Below are positions 1 to 11,336 of a DNA stretch of 64,000 bases, one piece after another (position 1 is the first letter of the stretch; each line of letters opens with the position of its first letter). Source of the DNA: an uncultured candidate division Zixibacteria bacterium (GTDB taxonomy: Bacteria > Zixibacteria > MSB-5A5 > UBA10806); assembly GCA_963801605.1 (NCBI GenBank), contig CAWDFP010000006.1, forward strand, positions 1,216,001-1,280,000, written 5' to 3'. A model generated the notes under the pieces. The model was not told where the DNA came from. It worked only from the letters and a program-made list of their open reading frames with translations, and did no database searches. Position numbers and translations under genes: made by a program.

Positions 1-31
1 TATCAATGAACAACTCGGGATTCGAAGAATA

Positions 32-1903
32 ATGATCTTAGCATCATTTTCGGCAGTAGATAAAGCTTTTCCGTCACGAACAGTCTTGAACGGAGCCGCC
101 GGAGCCATCAAAAACGGCGACCGTATCGCTCTTTTAGGGATCAATGGTTCCGGCAAGACAACCCTGCTTGAAATCCTGGCCGGCCGAATCGATCCCGATA
201 TGGGGATTGTCGAAATACCCAACGCCGTTCGCCGAGGCTACCTGCCTCAGGTTATCGAGGTTAACGGGGAGGAGGTTCTGTTGGAGTATGTCCTGGGCGG
301 TTTGCAGCATCTTCTCGATATCAAAAGTCGGCTGGAGGAGATTCATGAGCTTCTGCCACACGATTCAGGAAATACGGCTCTGCTGAGCGAAATGGGCTCC
401 CTGCAAAAAATCTTCGAATCGTCAGGCGGATACGATCTCGAATCAAGGGCAGCGGACGTTCTGCGCGGTCTGGGCTTCAAGGATAGCGAATTCGGCATGA
501 AAGTAATCGAGCTTTCGGGCGGACAGCGCAACCGAGCCGCGCTGGCCCGTACTCTGATTGCCGCACCGGAGCTTATTCTTCTCGATGAGCCAACCAATCA
601 TCTCGATATTTCCGGTCTGGAGTTTCTGGAATCGTATATGCGTTCGTTCCCCGGCGGAATCCTCTATGTTTCCCACGACCGTGCTTTCATTCAGAAAACC
701 GCCACAGCTATTTGGGAATTGACCCTGGGCCGCATAGCCTCGTATCCGGGGGATTATGAAAATTATACCGTGGAACGCCAGAAGCGTCTGGAGACCATGT
801 CCAAAACCTACGAGGCACAGCGCGATTTCATCCTGAAAACTGAGGATTTTATCAGGCGCAATATTTACGGGCAGAAAACGCGGCAGGCGCAATCGAGACG
901 AAAAATGCTCTCCAAGCTGGAGCGGCTGGAACGTCCGCCGGGGGCAGCGGATGTTGCTCATATCAGGTTTTCGGGCGCCGATCGCTCTGCCCGGATAGTA
1001 GTGCAGTGCCAGTTGGCGGGCTTCGCATACTCCGAAACGCCGATCTTGCGAGACCTTGATTTCGAAATCGAACGCGGTGACAGAATCGGCCTCGTCGGTC
1101 CTAACGGCTCCGGTAAAACTACGCTGATTAATCTTATCACCGGTAAACTTGCCCCTCAAACGGGTCGCCTTGAATTGGGCAAGAAACTTTCGATTGGTTA
1201 CTATGACCAGCTAACCGAAAACCTCAATCCGGATTCAACCCCGCTGGCTACGCTCTGGGAAATAAAGCCAGAATATAATGAGGGCCAGGTACGCTCTTAT
1301 CTGGCCAGGTTTCTTTTCCGTGGCGACGATGTTTTCCGCACAATTGATTCCTTTTCTGGTGGAGAACAGTCCCGTTTGGCTCTGGCTCGTTTGATAGCGA
1401 CTGCTCCCAACTTCCTGGTGCTTGACGAGCCGACCAACCATCTCGATATACCGTCCCGAGAAGCTCTGGAATTAGCTCTGGCTGAATATGATGGCACCAT
1501 CCTGTGTGTTTCGCATGACCGCTATTTCCTGGATCATTTTGCAGAGAAGATTTTCGCTCTTGAAAACGGTACCGTTAAAATTTATTTGGGCGATTTTTCC
1601 GAATATCGAGAAAAGATTCGAGCTGCACAGGAGCAAATCAAACCTCAATCGGTGAAAACGCAGTCGCAACAGGAAGTGTCAGCCAAGCCCCGTGAGAAAC
1701 GGATAAACCCGATTATCATTCAAAAACTCGATTCCGAGATTGCCTCGTTAGAGGAAAAAATCGTGGAAACTGAAATCACCCTGACCGCCTCAGAGACATC
1801 CACGGACTGGCAGCGTCTGGCGGTGCTTCTTAACGAACGGGACCAGCTATATGACGATCTTGAGCGGCTATATCAAAAGAAAAATGAACTTTTAGGTTCC
1901 TGA
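32..1903 (+). CDS. ABC-F family ATPase (Uup/YheS-like ribosome-associated)
   Basis: Two NBDs (GINGSGKT/LSGGQ/LLDEPTNHLD and GPNGSGKT/FSGGE/VLDEPTNHLD), no TM segments, C-terminal coiled coil. Confidence 0.92.
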   Translation: MILASFSAVDKAFPSRTVLNGAAGAIKNGDRIALLGINGSGKTTLLEILAGRIDPDMGIVEIPNAVRRGYLPQVIEVNGEEVLLEYVLGGLQHLLDIKSRLEEIHELLPHDSGNTALLSEMGSLQKIFESSGGYDLESRAADVLRGLGFKDSEFGMKVIELSGGQRNRAALARTLIAAPELILLDEPTNHLDISGLEFLESYMRSFPGGILYVSHDRAFIQKTATAIWELTLGRIASYPGDYENYTVERQKRLETMSKTYEAQRDFILKTEDFIRRNIYGQKTRQAQSRRKMLSKLERLERPPGAADVAHIRFSGADRSARIVVQCQLAGFAYSETPILRDLDFEIERGDRIGLVGPNGSGKTTLINLITGKLAPQTGRLELGKKLSIGYYDQLTENLNPDSTPLATLWEIKPEYNEGQVRSYLARFLFRGDDVFRTIDSFSGGEQSRLALARLIATAPNFLVLDEPTNHLDIPSREALELALAEYDGTILCVSHDRYFLDHFAEKIFALENGTVKIYLGDFSEYREKIRAAQEQIKPQSVKTQSQQEVSAKPREKRINPIIIQKLDSEIASLEEKIVETEITLTASETSTDWQRLAVLLNERDQLYDDLERLYQKKNELLGS

Positions 1904-2022
1904 TAATTGCAATTAGCATTTTCAGTTAATTTTTTATATAATATTAAATTAAGTCGCCTCAGAGATTGGGCTCTAATAAGGTTTTGTAGTCGTTTTGATC
2001 GAATAAATGGTGATTGTGAAAG

Positions 2023-3135
2023 GTGGGAATAATGATCGATCCGCGAATTACCAGGCTGGCCGAGGTTCTACTCGGCTATTGTGTCAAACTAAAAAAAGAT
2101 CAGCTTGTTGTCATCAACAGCACAGAGTTAGCCGCGCCGCTGGTGCGTGAACTTTATAAAAAAGCCCTTCGGATGGGAGCTCATCCTTACACCAGGATCG
2201 CTATCGAAGGTATTGAGGAGATCTATTATAAATATTCCTCGCTTGAACAACTTAAGTACATTTCTCCTATAAGTAAATTCGAGATAGAGAAAATTGACGC
2301 CGCGGTCGGAATCATGTCAATCTATAACACTCGTTCACTAACTAATATTGATCCTCAAAAGCAGGCTATTTCGCATAAAGCGTCAGCGTCATTAATGAAA
2401 CGATATATGGAACGGGCCGCTAAGGGACAGCTCAATTGGGTAGGTTGCCTGTATCCGACCTATGCCTCGGCTCAGGACGCTGGTATGTCGCTGGTCGATT
2501 ACGAGGATTTCGTGTTTGGCGCCTGCGCGCTCGATAAAAAAGATCCGGTTGCCGAATGGAAGAAGATTTCAGCCTACAATCGCCGCATTGTCAATTATCT
2601 CAAGCGCAAAAAAGTGATCAGAATCAAGGCTCTTGATACGGATTTGACATACAATGTAGCCGGTCGTACCTGGATCAATTGCGATGGCGCCAATAATTTC
2701 CCCGATGGCGAAGTTTTTACGTCACCTCATGAGGATTCGGCAAATGGACATATCCGTTTCTCGTTTCCCGCCGAGTTTTCTGGTCGTGAGGCCGAGGATG
2801 TGCGTCTGGAGTTCAAGAACGGCAAAGCTATCAGCGCCAAAGCCGCTAAGGGCGAGGATTTCCTCAATGCCATGCTCGATGTCGATAAAGGCGCCCGTTT
2901 TTTGGGTGAGGTGGCTATAGGCACCAATTTTGGTATCAAGCAGTTTACCAGAAACACCTTATTCGATGAGAAGATCGGCGGTACGATTCACATGGCTCTG
3001 GGCCAGTCATATCCCGAATCCGGCGGTAAAAATCAATCCGGTATCCATTGGGACATGGTATGCGACCTTCGCAAGGGCGGCGAAATCTATGCGGATGGAG
3101 AATTGTTTTTCAAGAATGGCAAGTTTTTGAAATAG
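2023..3135 (+). CDS. Aminopeptidase, M29 family (AmpT/AmpS-like)
   Basis: NFPDGEVF, GEVAIG, LFDEKIGGTIHMALG and IHWDMV motifs; alternative start ATG 2032. Confidence 0.9.
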   Translation: MGIMIDPRITRLAEVLLGYCVKLKKDQLVVINSTELAAPLVRELYKKALRMGAHPYTRIAIEGIEEIYYKYSSLEQLKYISPISKFEIEKIDAAVGIMSIYNTRSLTNIDPQKQAISHKASASLMKRYMERAAKGQLNWVGCLYPTYASAQDAGMSLVDYEDFVFGACALDKKDPVAEWKKISAYNRRIVNYLKRKKVIRIKALDTDLTYNVAGRTWINCDGANNFPDGEVFTSPHEDSANGHIRFSFPAEFSGREAEDVRLEFKNGKAISAKAAKGEDFLNAMLDVDKGARFLGEVAIGTNFGIKQFTRNTLFDEKIGGTIHMALGQSYPESGGKNQSGIHWDMVCDLRKGGEIYADGELFFKNGKFLK

Positions 3136-3156
3136 GGTATATCTGCGAATGTTTAT

Positions 3157-3186
3157 TGGCTGGCACACGTCCTCGTATGCCAGCCA
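3157..3186. terminator. Hairpin after aminopeptidase (terminator or REP-like)
   Basis: TGGCTGGCA...TGCCAGCCA inverted repeat followed by TTTGTT. Confidence 0.55.
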
Positions 3187-3349
3187 TTTGTTATGCGGTT
3201 GAATAAATCCTGATACGCCTTTGCCTGATAATTACCAGGCAATCCGATAAAAAAGATTGCCAAATCGTTCCTCACCCTATTAGTTTATCTATTGTCAAGT
3301 GATGGAAGTTAATATCCATTTAGAATAGGAATAGATACGGGAGGAGAAT

Positions 3350-4328
3350 ATGACACTGCTCTTATCGCGAAACGATGTGATGAAGGTCCTGGATATGCCG
3401 GATTGCATGAAAGTTGTTGAAAAGGCGTTTGGCGAACTGGCCTCCGGCACTGCGGTGCTGCCTCTGCGTATCAATATCACTCCGCCGGATGGTCTGGCTC
3501 TATATATGCCGGCATATCTTAAAGAAATGGGCGCATTGGCTTGTAAGGTCGTCACAGTCTATAAAAATAATCCTACCAGGCACAGCCTGCCCACCACAAT
3601 CGGTAAGGTGCTTCTGCAAAATCCTGAGACCGGCGATGTTATTTGCATTATGGATGGCGGTTACCTGACAGCGGTGCGTACCGGAGCGGTATCCGGAGTG
3701 GCAACGGAGTATTTGGCTCGCAAGGACAAAGGCCAGGTGGCCGGAATTTTCGGGGCGGGTGTACAGGCCAGAGATGCAGCTATGGGCGGTGGCAATCGCC
3801 AGAGAAATTTCCAAAGCGTATGTCTATGATAAAATAGATGATTCCGCAATTAAGTTTGCCAAAGAAATGAGCGATAAGCTGAAAATTGATGTCATTAAAG
3901 TTGATTCGCCGGATAAAATTCTCACGGCCGATATAATTTGTGCTGCCACCTCATCGCCTACTCCCATTTTCGATGGTAAAAAAGTCAAAAACGGAACTCA
4001 TATAAATGGTATTGGCAGTCATACTCCTGGGGCCCGTGAGCTTGATGCCGAGATTATCAAGCGCTCCAAATTGGTAGCCGATTCCCGCGAGGCTTGCCTG
4101 AAAGAAGCTGGCGATATCATGATCCCGATCAAGGATGGCATAATTAACGAAAATCATATCTGGGCGGAATTGGGCGAGATTATCAATGGCAAAAAAGCCG
4201 GACGGGCAAACGATAATGAGATTACCCTGTTTAAATCTAACGGCCTGGCGATTCAAGATACCGCCACTGCCAAACTCGTCTATGATAAAGCCCGAGTCGC
4301 CAGAATCGGTACTAATGTAGAAATCTGA
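3350..4328 (+). CDS. Ornithine cyclodeaminase / mu-crystallin family (alanine dehydrogenase-like); apparent +1 frameshift near 3770
   Basis: ORF 3350-3829 (LTAVRTGA, GAGVQA) joins ORF 3759-4328 (ADIICAAT, HINGIG, LFKSNGLAIQD) after removing one base. Confidence 0.85.
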
Positions 4329-4385
4329 TGATAGCTTAAATCCCGTAATAGATTTGATAATTCAATATCGTATGAGAATATCAGA

Positions 4386-5039
4386 ATGATCGATAAACGC
4401 AATCCGGGTGCAATTAGCTATTTCGATCGACGCATAGATGATTTCGACAGTATCTACCGTAGCGAGCGCACCGGTTTGATGGCCTGGCTGGATAAAACCT
4501 TGCGGGCCTCGGTGCGTGAACGATTTCAACTCGCTTTTGAACTCGCGGGAGACTTAAGCGGCAAATCGGTACTCGATATAGGTTGTGGCAGCGGGCGGTA
4601 TATGTTCGAGGCTGTACGGCGCGGCGCAATTGACGTAGTAGGTCTTGACGCAGCCCCCGGAGCCATTGACGCTGCCCGAAAATTCGCGGGTGAATTGCAG
4701 CTTGAAAAGAATGTCAAATTTATCCAATCAGATTTCATGGATTTGAAATTTGAACGTCAATACGACATTGTTTTCGCAGTCGGTTATTTTGATTATATTT
4801 TAGCTCCTCAGCCGCATCTTGAAAAAATGTTGGGACTATGTGATCAATTCCTGTTTGTTTCATTTCCGCGCCTCTGGCATCCAATGACCCCGGTCCGTAA
4901 AATCAGACTGGCGCTAAACAATTGTCCCGTAAGGTTTTATTCTCGCTGGCAAATCATGGAAATGATCCCAAAAACAGACTATAAAAAACTCGATCTGCGT
5001 ACCGTATCGCGCGATTTTACGTTAATTATAAAAAAATAA
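4386..5039 (+). CDS. Class I SAM-dependent methyltransferase
   Basis: Motif I VLDIGCGSG, motif II VVGLD. Confidence 0.85.
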   Translation: MIDKRNPGAISYFDRRIDDFDSIYRSERTGLMAWLDKTLRASVRERFQLAFELAGDLSGKSVLDIGCGSGRYMFEAVRRGAIDVVGLDAAPGAIDAARKFAGELQLEKNVKFIQSDFMDLKFERQYDIVFAVGYFDYILAPQPHLEKMLGLCDQFLFVSFPRLWHPMTPVRKIRLALNNCPVRFYSRWQIMEMIPKTDYKKLDLRTVSRDFTLIIKK

Positions 5040-5091
5040 AAAATCCATACTGCCGTTATTCAGTCGGACTATTAATTACTATAATTTTAAT

Positions 5092-7272
5092 CTAAGGAAG
5101 TCGATACCGTTTGCGCAAAGCCCATTCGAGACATAGGCCTGCTAAAAGAAGGCCGAGGAGTAACGGCAATCCAAACGGTCTGATACTCGCCTGATTTTCC
5201 TTCACATAAGGAATAAGCTTCAGCTGTTCCGGGAATTTTTGAAAATCATCGGCACTATAAGCAATGGCGCCGGTAGCATCGGAAATGCGTCTGGTGAGAT
5301 TATAATCGGGGGCGCTTGACGCCATCTCCAAACTGAAGTTTTCTATTGTAAATTCCCCCGATGTCTTGCCAACCGTATCACCGTAACTTGTGGCGTAAGC
5401 TTTAAAGTTGTAATGCCCGGGTCCCAGAGAAGATATTTCTTCAGAATATATACCATTGTTTACTGGGGGCAGAACAATATCTTTTACACTGGTCTGTTGG
5501 CTATCGGGTAAAACCGAAATCGCGACATAGGCGCCATTTTTGGGACGATTAGCCTCATCATAGAGATAGCCCGTCAAGCGGACGGGCTCGCCCAGACGAT
5601 ACACTTTGCGGCCCGTAATAACCTTGAAATTCTGCATCTGGTCGGTGGCGGCCGACCACTTAACGAGATTTCGCCAGAAATTCGGAATTGCCCCTGCGAT
5701 CTTCTGATCACTGACTGAGCCGAAATAGCTCTGCCACCAGGGATATCCGGTGATTGCGGCCACTCGACCTTTGCCGTGCTGGGCGACTGTCAAAACAGGC
5801 TGTCCATCCAGCCTGGTCGGATTTGGTATTCTGATATTTAGAAGCGAATCATTTATGCTTATCCCGGCTTCCAAAAGAACAATTCCGGTAGGCTCGATTC
5901 CCGTGATGATATCTCTGAATGGCGGCAACGAATGCCAGAGTCGCGCGCTCTGATCGGGATCATCATTCATCAGAATTGCCGCATGCTGTTTTCGGGTTGG
6001 CGCCGGTTCGAAAGAATATTCGCTTTCTCTTATCTGAGGATTCGTTAGTTTTATCGGAAGCAGATCTCCAAACGCCTTTATATTATAAATTGCATTTGTG
6101 CCAGCCAGATAGATCAGGGAGCCGCCTTCATCGAGATATTTTCCAAGGTCGGCCGTGGAGATATGTAAATCGCCGGGAGCGCTGTTTACAAGAATTATTG
6201 TATCATACTTTTTTAGGCCCTCAAGCCCGCGAAGAGTACCGGGTGATGCAAAATTCCCCGGAGCCAGCGAATAAACCGCGTCAATATCAAACTCCTCAAA
6301 TTTCGAAAGCGCCTGTTTTACAAATTTGAATTCCCAATTAAGAGCTGACGATCCTATGAAAAGTTTGAGCTTGTTTTTAAGCACGCGAATGGCGAAAATC
6401 CTATCATTGTCGACCTTATTGGTTTCGCCTTCGAGAATTGGAGTCGATACCGTATATTCGTAATTTCCCGGTTCAGGCGCTTTTAGATCGAAACTAACTT
6501 TAACTTTTCTGCCTTCCTGGGGGATATCGAAGGGCTTGTCCGATATCACGTTGGAACCAAGCTTGAGGAACACTCTTGATTTACCCGCTGGCAGACCCTC
6601 CGCCGAAAGTTCAGCTTCGATCTTTAAATCCGCTCCGCTATATGCTACGGCGGGGTAGATGGTGTTATCTATTGAAATATTTATTTCCGGTATTTGATGT
6701 CCGACCGTCAAGGTATAAACCGGCATGTTTAGCTTACTCGCCGCCGTAATTGGATCCTCGCCCAAATTCTGACGACCATCCGTTACAACTATGGCGGCGC
6801 CATAATTATCAATATCTTTTCTCGAGGCCAGATCCCGCAACGCGTTGGCAATCGAGGTAGCATCGCCCGTGAGGTCCGATTCGGCCGGAACGCCGTCCGC
6901 TTCCTTGATGCCTGTGGAAAAATCGAATATGTGGTGTTCCGCTTTTATATTCGCTAGCGCCTTCTGAGTTAATTCGCTTGCTTCCGCAATACGGCTCGTA
7001 GTTCCCTCTCTGACCCCCATGCTCTTGGAGATATCCATGAGGACCGCAATTTGAGGCTTGATGGTTTTGGTCGAATATAAATTTATCAGCGGCTCGATCA
7101 GGAAAATTCCCAATAGCAGCAGCATAACTGATCTCAGGGCGGCCAGGAAGAATTTTTGAGCTTTTCCCAGCGGAGGAAAGCTGCTACGATACGAAATTAT
7201 TCCAATCGCGATGGCTATAATTGTAAGAAGTATATACCAGATGATGTGATGAGAGATTAACTGGATTTCCAT
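5092..7272 (-). CDS. Membrane-anchored VWA-domain protein with class I GATase-like domain
   Basis: Two N-terminal TM helices, MIDAS DISKSM and VTDG, C-terminal TM ending EWALRK. Confidence 0.7.
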   Translation of the reverse strand: MEIQLISHHIIWYILLTIIAIAIGIISYRSSFPPLGKAQKFFLAALRSVMLLLLGIFLIEPLINLYSTKTIKPQIAVLMDISKSMGVREGTTSRIAEASELTQKALANIKAEHHIFDFSTGIKEADGVPAESDLTGDATSIANALRDLASRKDIDNYGAAIVVTDGRQNLGEDPITAASKLNMPVYTLTVGHQIPEINISIDNTIYPAVAYSGADLKIEAELSAEGLPAGKSRVFLKLGSNVISDKPFDIPQEGRKVKVSFDLKAPEPGNYEYTVSTPILEGETNKVDNDRIFAIRVLKNKLKLFIGSSALNWEFKFVKQALSKFEEFDIDAVYSLAPGNFASPGTLRGLEGLKKYDTIILVNSAPGDLHISTADLGKYLDEGGSLIYLAGTNAIYNIKAFGDLLPIKLTNPQIRESEYSFEPAPTRKQHAAILMNDDPDQSARLWHSLPPFRDIITGIEPTGIVLLEAGISINDSLLNIRIPNPTRLDGQPVLTVAQHGKGRVAAITGYPWWQSYFGSVSDQKIAGAIPNFWRNLVKWSAATDQMQNFKVITGRKVYRLGEPVRLTGYLYDEANRPKNGAYVAISVLPDSQQTSVKDIVLPPVNNGIYSEEISSLGPGHYNFKAYATSYGDTVGKTSGEFTIENFSLEMASSAPDYNLTRRISDATGAIAYSADDFQKFPEQLKLIPYVKENQASIRPFGLPLLLGLLLAGLCLEWALRKRYRLP

Positions 7273-7290
7273 AAGCGGTGATCTCTAACA

Positions 7291-7327
7291 AAAGCGCCAC
7301 CCATCAGGTTTGGTGCGAGTGGCGTTT
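7291..7327 (-). terminator. Putative intrinsic terminator after polyprenyl synthase
   Basis: AAGCGCCAC...GTGGCGTTT inverted repeat; the A-run gives a U-tract on the minus strand. Confidence 0.5.
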
Positions 7328-7364
7328 CACGAAATCCTCATAAATCGAAACTTATTTACGCATA

Positions 7365-8330
7365 TCATTTATCTCTGACGGCGGCCAAAGTTGCCAGGCT
7401 TACCAGCGCTTCTTTGGTGGGCAAGCCGTCCATGCCGCGTAAGATTGCAATCGCTTTTTCAACGTATCCTCTGGCTTTTTGTTCCGCGTATTCGATTCCC
7501 CCGTTATTCTTGACGAAACTTACAACTTTTTCGAGTTCAGATTGGGCGATATTGGCTCCGAGGATATTCTTGAACTCTTTCTTATATTCGCCGTTGCCAT
7601 TTCTAAAGGCATAGATAAGCGGCAGGGTCACCCAACCTTCGCGGATATCGGACCCCAGCGATTTGCCTGTTTTGGTTGTTTCTCCGATCAAATCCAGCAG
7701 ATCGTCGGTAATTTGAAAAGCCAGCCCCAGATTTTCGCCATACATTTTGAGCAACTGACAGGTTTTTGAGTCCTGTCCAGAACAAATTGCTCCGGCCTCA
7801 GCTGAGCATGCGAATAGCGAGGCCGTCTTATCCGATATGATTTGAATATACATTTCTTCGCTGATATCGAAATTACCGGTATAAAAAGCCTGATTCAATT
7901 CGCCGACCGATACCCGCTCAGTGGCAGCTGCGAAAGATTGCATTAGCTCTGGTTTGCCGGCTTTAACCAAAAGGCCGAAAGCTTTGGCAAACAGATAATC
8001 GCCCATCAGCACGGAAATCAAGTTATTCCATTTGTGATTGACAGTATCGATACCGCGCCTGGTGGGAGATTCATCGATGACATCGTCGTGCAGCAATGTG
8101 GCGGTATGGATAAGCTCAACTGCCAGGGCAGGATAGAGAGCCGAATTATCATTTTTGCCGGATGTCAGATACAATAGTGCCGGACGCAGCCGCTTGCCGG
8201 AGGCGCCCATAAGATGATCGGTGATCTGCCGCACAATGACAGAATCCGATTCCAAAATCTCTTTATATTGGGTTTCGAACCGTTCAAGCTGGCTCGATAT
8301 TGGGTTAAATACTGCCGAAAAATCCATCAA
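7365..8330 (-). CDS. Polyprenyl diphosphate synthase (IspB/HepT-like)
   Basis: GKRLRP, FARM LLHDDVID, RRG, SARM FQITDDLLD. Confidence 0.92.
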   Translation of the reverse strand: MMDFSAVFNPISSQLERFETQYKEILESDSVIVRQITDHLMGASGKRLRPALLYLTSGKNDNSALYPALAVELIHTATLLHDDVIDESPTRRGIDTVNHKWNNLISVLMGDYLFAKAFGLLVKAGKPELMQSFAAATERVSVGELNQAFYTGNFDISEEMYIQIISDKTASLFACSAEAGAICSGQDSKTCQLLKMYGENLGLAFQITDDLLDLIGETTKTGKSLGSDIREGWVTLPLIYAFRNGNGEYKKEFKNILGANIAQSELEKVVSFVKNNGGIEYAEQKARGYVEKAIAILRGMDGLPTKEALVSLATLAAVRDK

Positions 8331-8404
8331 TCCCCACGGTACAAAATAATCTTGCTCCGCAACACTCTGCCATCCATAATCTCATGGACAAGCGGTAAAA
8401 CATC

Positions 8405-8433
8405 AAAATATCGGTTGAGGTTTCGGATGTCAA
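8405..8433 (-). promoter_or_regulatory. Sigma-70-like promoter for polyprenyl synthase
   Basis: Minus strand TTGACA-17 nt-TATTTT. Confidence 0.55.
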
Positions 8434-8459
8434 CCCCAAACGATTAGAATTCCCATCGA

Positions 8460-9216
8460 TTATCCCGCAAGAACCGCTCCGCCATTGACATTAAGGATTT
8501 CTCCGGTAATAAAACTGGCCCAATCGGATGCCATAAAGACTATCGGCCCGGCGATTTCGTCGGTTGTTCCGGCCCGTCCCAGGGGAATGATGGGAAACGA
8601 ATTTAGGGCCATCGGGACCGCTTAACGAGGCGTGGCTCATATCGGTATCGACCCAACCAGGCGCCACGCAATTGACCCTGATATTATGGCCCGCCAATTC
8701 CGGAGCTAACGATTTTGTAAGCGAGATCAACGCGCCTTTTGAGGCCGCATAGTGGGAGTGCCAGGCTTCGCCCCGCTGCCCGGCGGTGGATGCTATATAA
8801 ATTATATTTCCCATCTTTTGACGTTTCATATACGGCACCGCCGCAGACGTGGTATAAAAACAGCCCTTGATATTAATATCAAGGGTTCGCTCGAGGATTT
8901 CATCGGTCATGTTCTCGATTGCCGCCTCGGTCCAGATTCCGGCGTTATTAACCAGAATATCGATCCGGCCGAGTACCTTTGCTGTCGAATTCACCAGATT
9001 TTCGCAGTCTTTTCGCAATCCCATATCGGCTTTAATGACTAAACATCGCCTTCCAATTCGCTCGATATCGGCACTAACCATCTCGGCGGCCTTTTGATCG
9101 GAATAGTAATTAATTGCCACATCGGCCCCAAGCTTCGCAAATAATTTAGCAGTCGCGGCCCCGATGCCTCTTGAACCCCCGGTGATTAACGCAACCTGAT
9201 TATTAAAATTAAACAT
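8460..9216 (-). CDS. Classical SDR oxidoreductase (FabG-like); apparent +1 frameshift near 8593
   Basis: TGGSRGIG, NNAG, YAASK; removing one C restores IPLGRAGTTDEIA...ITGEILNVNGG and a stop at 8460. Confidence 0.85.
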
Positions 9217-9425
9217 GAATCATCCTTTTAAATAGGGCTAAAATCCTGCAAACGCCGCAAATAAACAGTTGTGACGATATTTGTCAAGCGTCAGGCGTTA
9301 TAATACCACGGAACTCCACGCTCAAGATCATCGTTTGTCGTGAAGAACCGACCGAAAATGGCCGGAATATATATTGACAAAAATCTTAAGTTTTACAAGA
9401 TTAGCCTAAACTAAAAGGAGGACCT

Positions 9426-10695
9426 GTGGCGACATATCCATCGACAGACATGCAGCTCTCGGCGCTTGAAAACGCTATGCAACAATTTGACGAGGCCGCG
9501 GCCAAGCTCAATATCGATCAAGCTATGCTCGATATTTTGAAACTGCCGCGTAAGGCGATTATTGTAACGCTTCCTATTTTGATGGATAATGGCAAATTCA
9601 AAGTATTCACCGGCTACAGGGTTCAGCATTCCATAGTGCGTGGCCCGGCCAAGGGAGGTATCCGCTATCATCCCAATGTGAATCTCGATGAAGTCTCCGC
9701 CCTGGCCGCCTGGATGACATGGAAATGCGCCGTGGTCAATATCCCCTTCGGAGGCGCCAAGGGCGGTATCGCCTGCGATCCCACCAAAATGTCGGCCAAT
9801 GAACTCGAACGATTAACCCGTCGCTACACGGCCGATCTCATGGATTTCATCGGCCCGGAAAAAGATGTTCCTGCGCCTGATGTTAACACCGATTCGCAGG
9901 TCATGGCCTGGATCATGGATACCTACTCGATGCACGCTCGCCATACGGTGACATCGGTAGTGACCGGCAAACCTGTCGAGCTTGGCGGCTCGCAAGGCCG
10001 GCGAGAAGCCACCGGCAGGGGGATAGTCCTTGCTATACGCGAGGCTTGCAAGCACAAGAAGATCAATCTTAAAGGATGCCCGTTGCGTGATCCAGGGTTT
10101 TGGTAATGTTGGATCTGTGACGGCTGAGATTCTTCATAAGGAGGGCGCCAAGGTTATCGCCGTTTGCGATGTCTTTGGCGGTGTATCCAATCCCGATGGG
10201 CTAAATATTCCGGCCCTGATTGCACATGTCCATAAAGTTAAAAAGGTGGTCGGCTTCGAGGGTGGAACGCCAATCACTTGCGATAATATTCTGCACATGG
10301 AATGCGATGTGTTGGTACCGGCCGCGCTGGAGAATGTCATTACCGCCCAAAATGCTCATGAAATTAAAGCCACGATTATAGCTGAAGGCGCCAACGGCCC
10401 CACCACTGCCGAGGCCGATAAGATTCTCGATTCGCGCGGTGTTTTCCTTATCCCTGATATTCTCTGCAACTCCGGCGGCGTGACTGTCAGCTATTTCGAA
10501 TGGGTTCAGGATCGGATGGGGCTGTTCTGGAGTGAAGAGGAGGTCAATCAGCGGCTCGAGGCGATTATGGTTAAGGCTTTTGATGATGTCCTGCAAACCT
10601 CCCTGACTAATAAAACCAATATGCGAATTGCGGCTTTCATGCTCGCTATAAAAAGAGTGCTTGATGTCAGCCTGATTCGAGGAGTTTACGCTTAA
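9426..10695 (+). CDS. gdhA: Glutamate dehydrogenase (Glu/Leu/Phe/Val DH family); apparent +1 frameshift near 10075
   Basis: [15 protein letters not shown] and DVPAPD in the first ORF; QGFGNVG, EGANGP and [12 protein letters not shown] in the second; RBS AAGGAGG. Confidence 0.9.
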
Positions 10696-10697
10696 CA

Positions 10698-11336
10698 ATG
10701 ATTGATAGATTAATTATCAGGCTTCTCTATTATCTGCCGCCGTTACTTCTGGCCCTTTCGTTTCATGAGAGCGCCCATGCTTTTATGGCCTATCGTTTCG
10801 GAGATACTACAGCCAGAGATGAGGGACGAATCTCCCTCAATCCGATAGCACATATCGATCCTTTCGGACTTATCGCGATTCTTTTTTTCCCCATCGGATG
10901 GGCTAAACCGGTAATGATTAATCCCTATAATCTTAAAAATCCAATTAAGGATAATATTTGGATTTCATTGGCCGGGCCGGCCTCAAATCTAATCCTGGCT
11001 GCCATTTTTGGAATAATATTCAGACTTACTTACGGAGCGCTTTCATCATCGGTGGCTGGCCAGTATTTTAGCCAATTGATTCAAATCTCCGTTCTCCTGA
11101 ATATCAATCTCATGGTATTCAATCTGATTCCAATCCCGCCGCTGGATGGCTTTCATATTCTCGAGGGAATCGTTCCTACCGAAACCTACGTGAAACTTCA
11201 GCAAATCCGGCAGTTTGGGCCGCTTCTGCTCATTGCCATGGTAATATTTGGCGGAAGCATATTGTGGGCGATACTTGGCCCTATACAGCAAGTTTTGGGA
11301 GGATTCCTGCTTGGCATGCCTGTGGTGCTGCAATAA
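10698..11336 (+). CDS. Site-2 protease family (M50) membrane metalloprotease
   Basis: HESAH (HExxH), AGPASN, FNLIPIPPLDG. Confidence 0.9.
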   Translation: MIDRLIIRLLYYLPPLLLALSFHESAHAFMAYRFGDTTARDEGRISLNPIAHIDPFGLIAILFFPIGWAKPVMINPYNLKNPIKDNIWISLAGPASNLILAAIFGIIFRLTYGALSSSVAGQYFSQLIQISVLLNINLMVFNLIPIPPLDGFHILEGIVPTETYVKLQQIRQFGPLLLIAMVIFGGSILWAILGPIQQVLGGFLLGMPVVLQ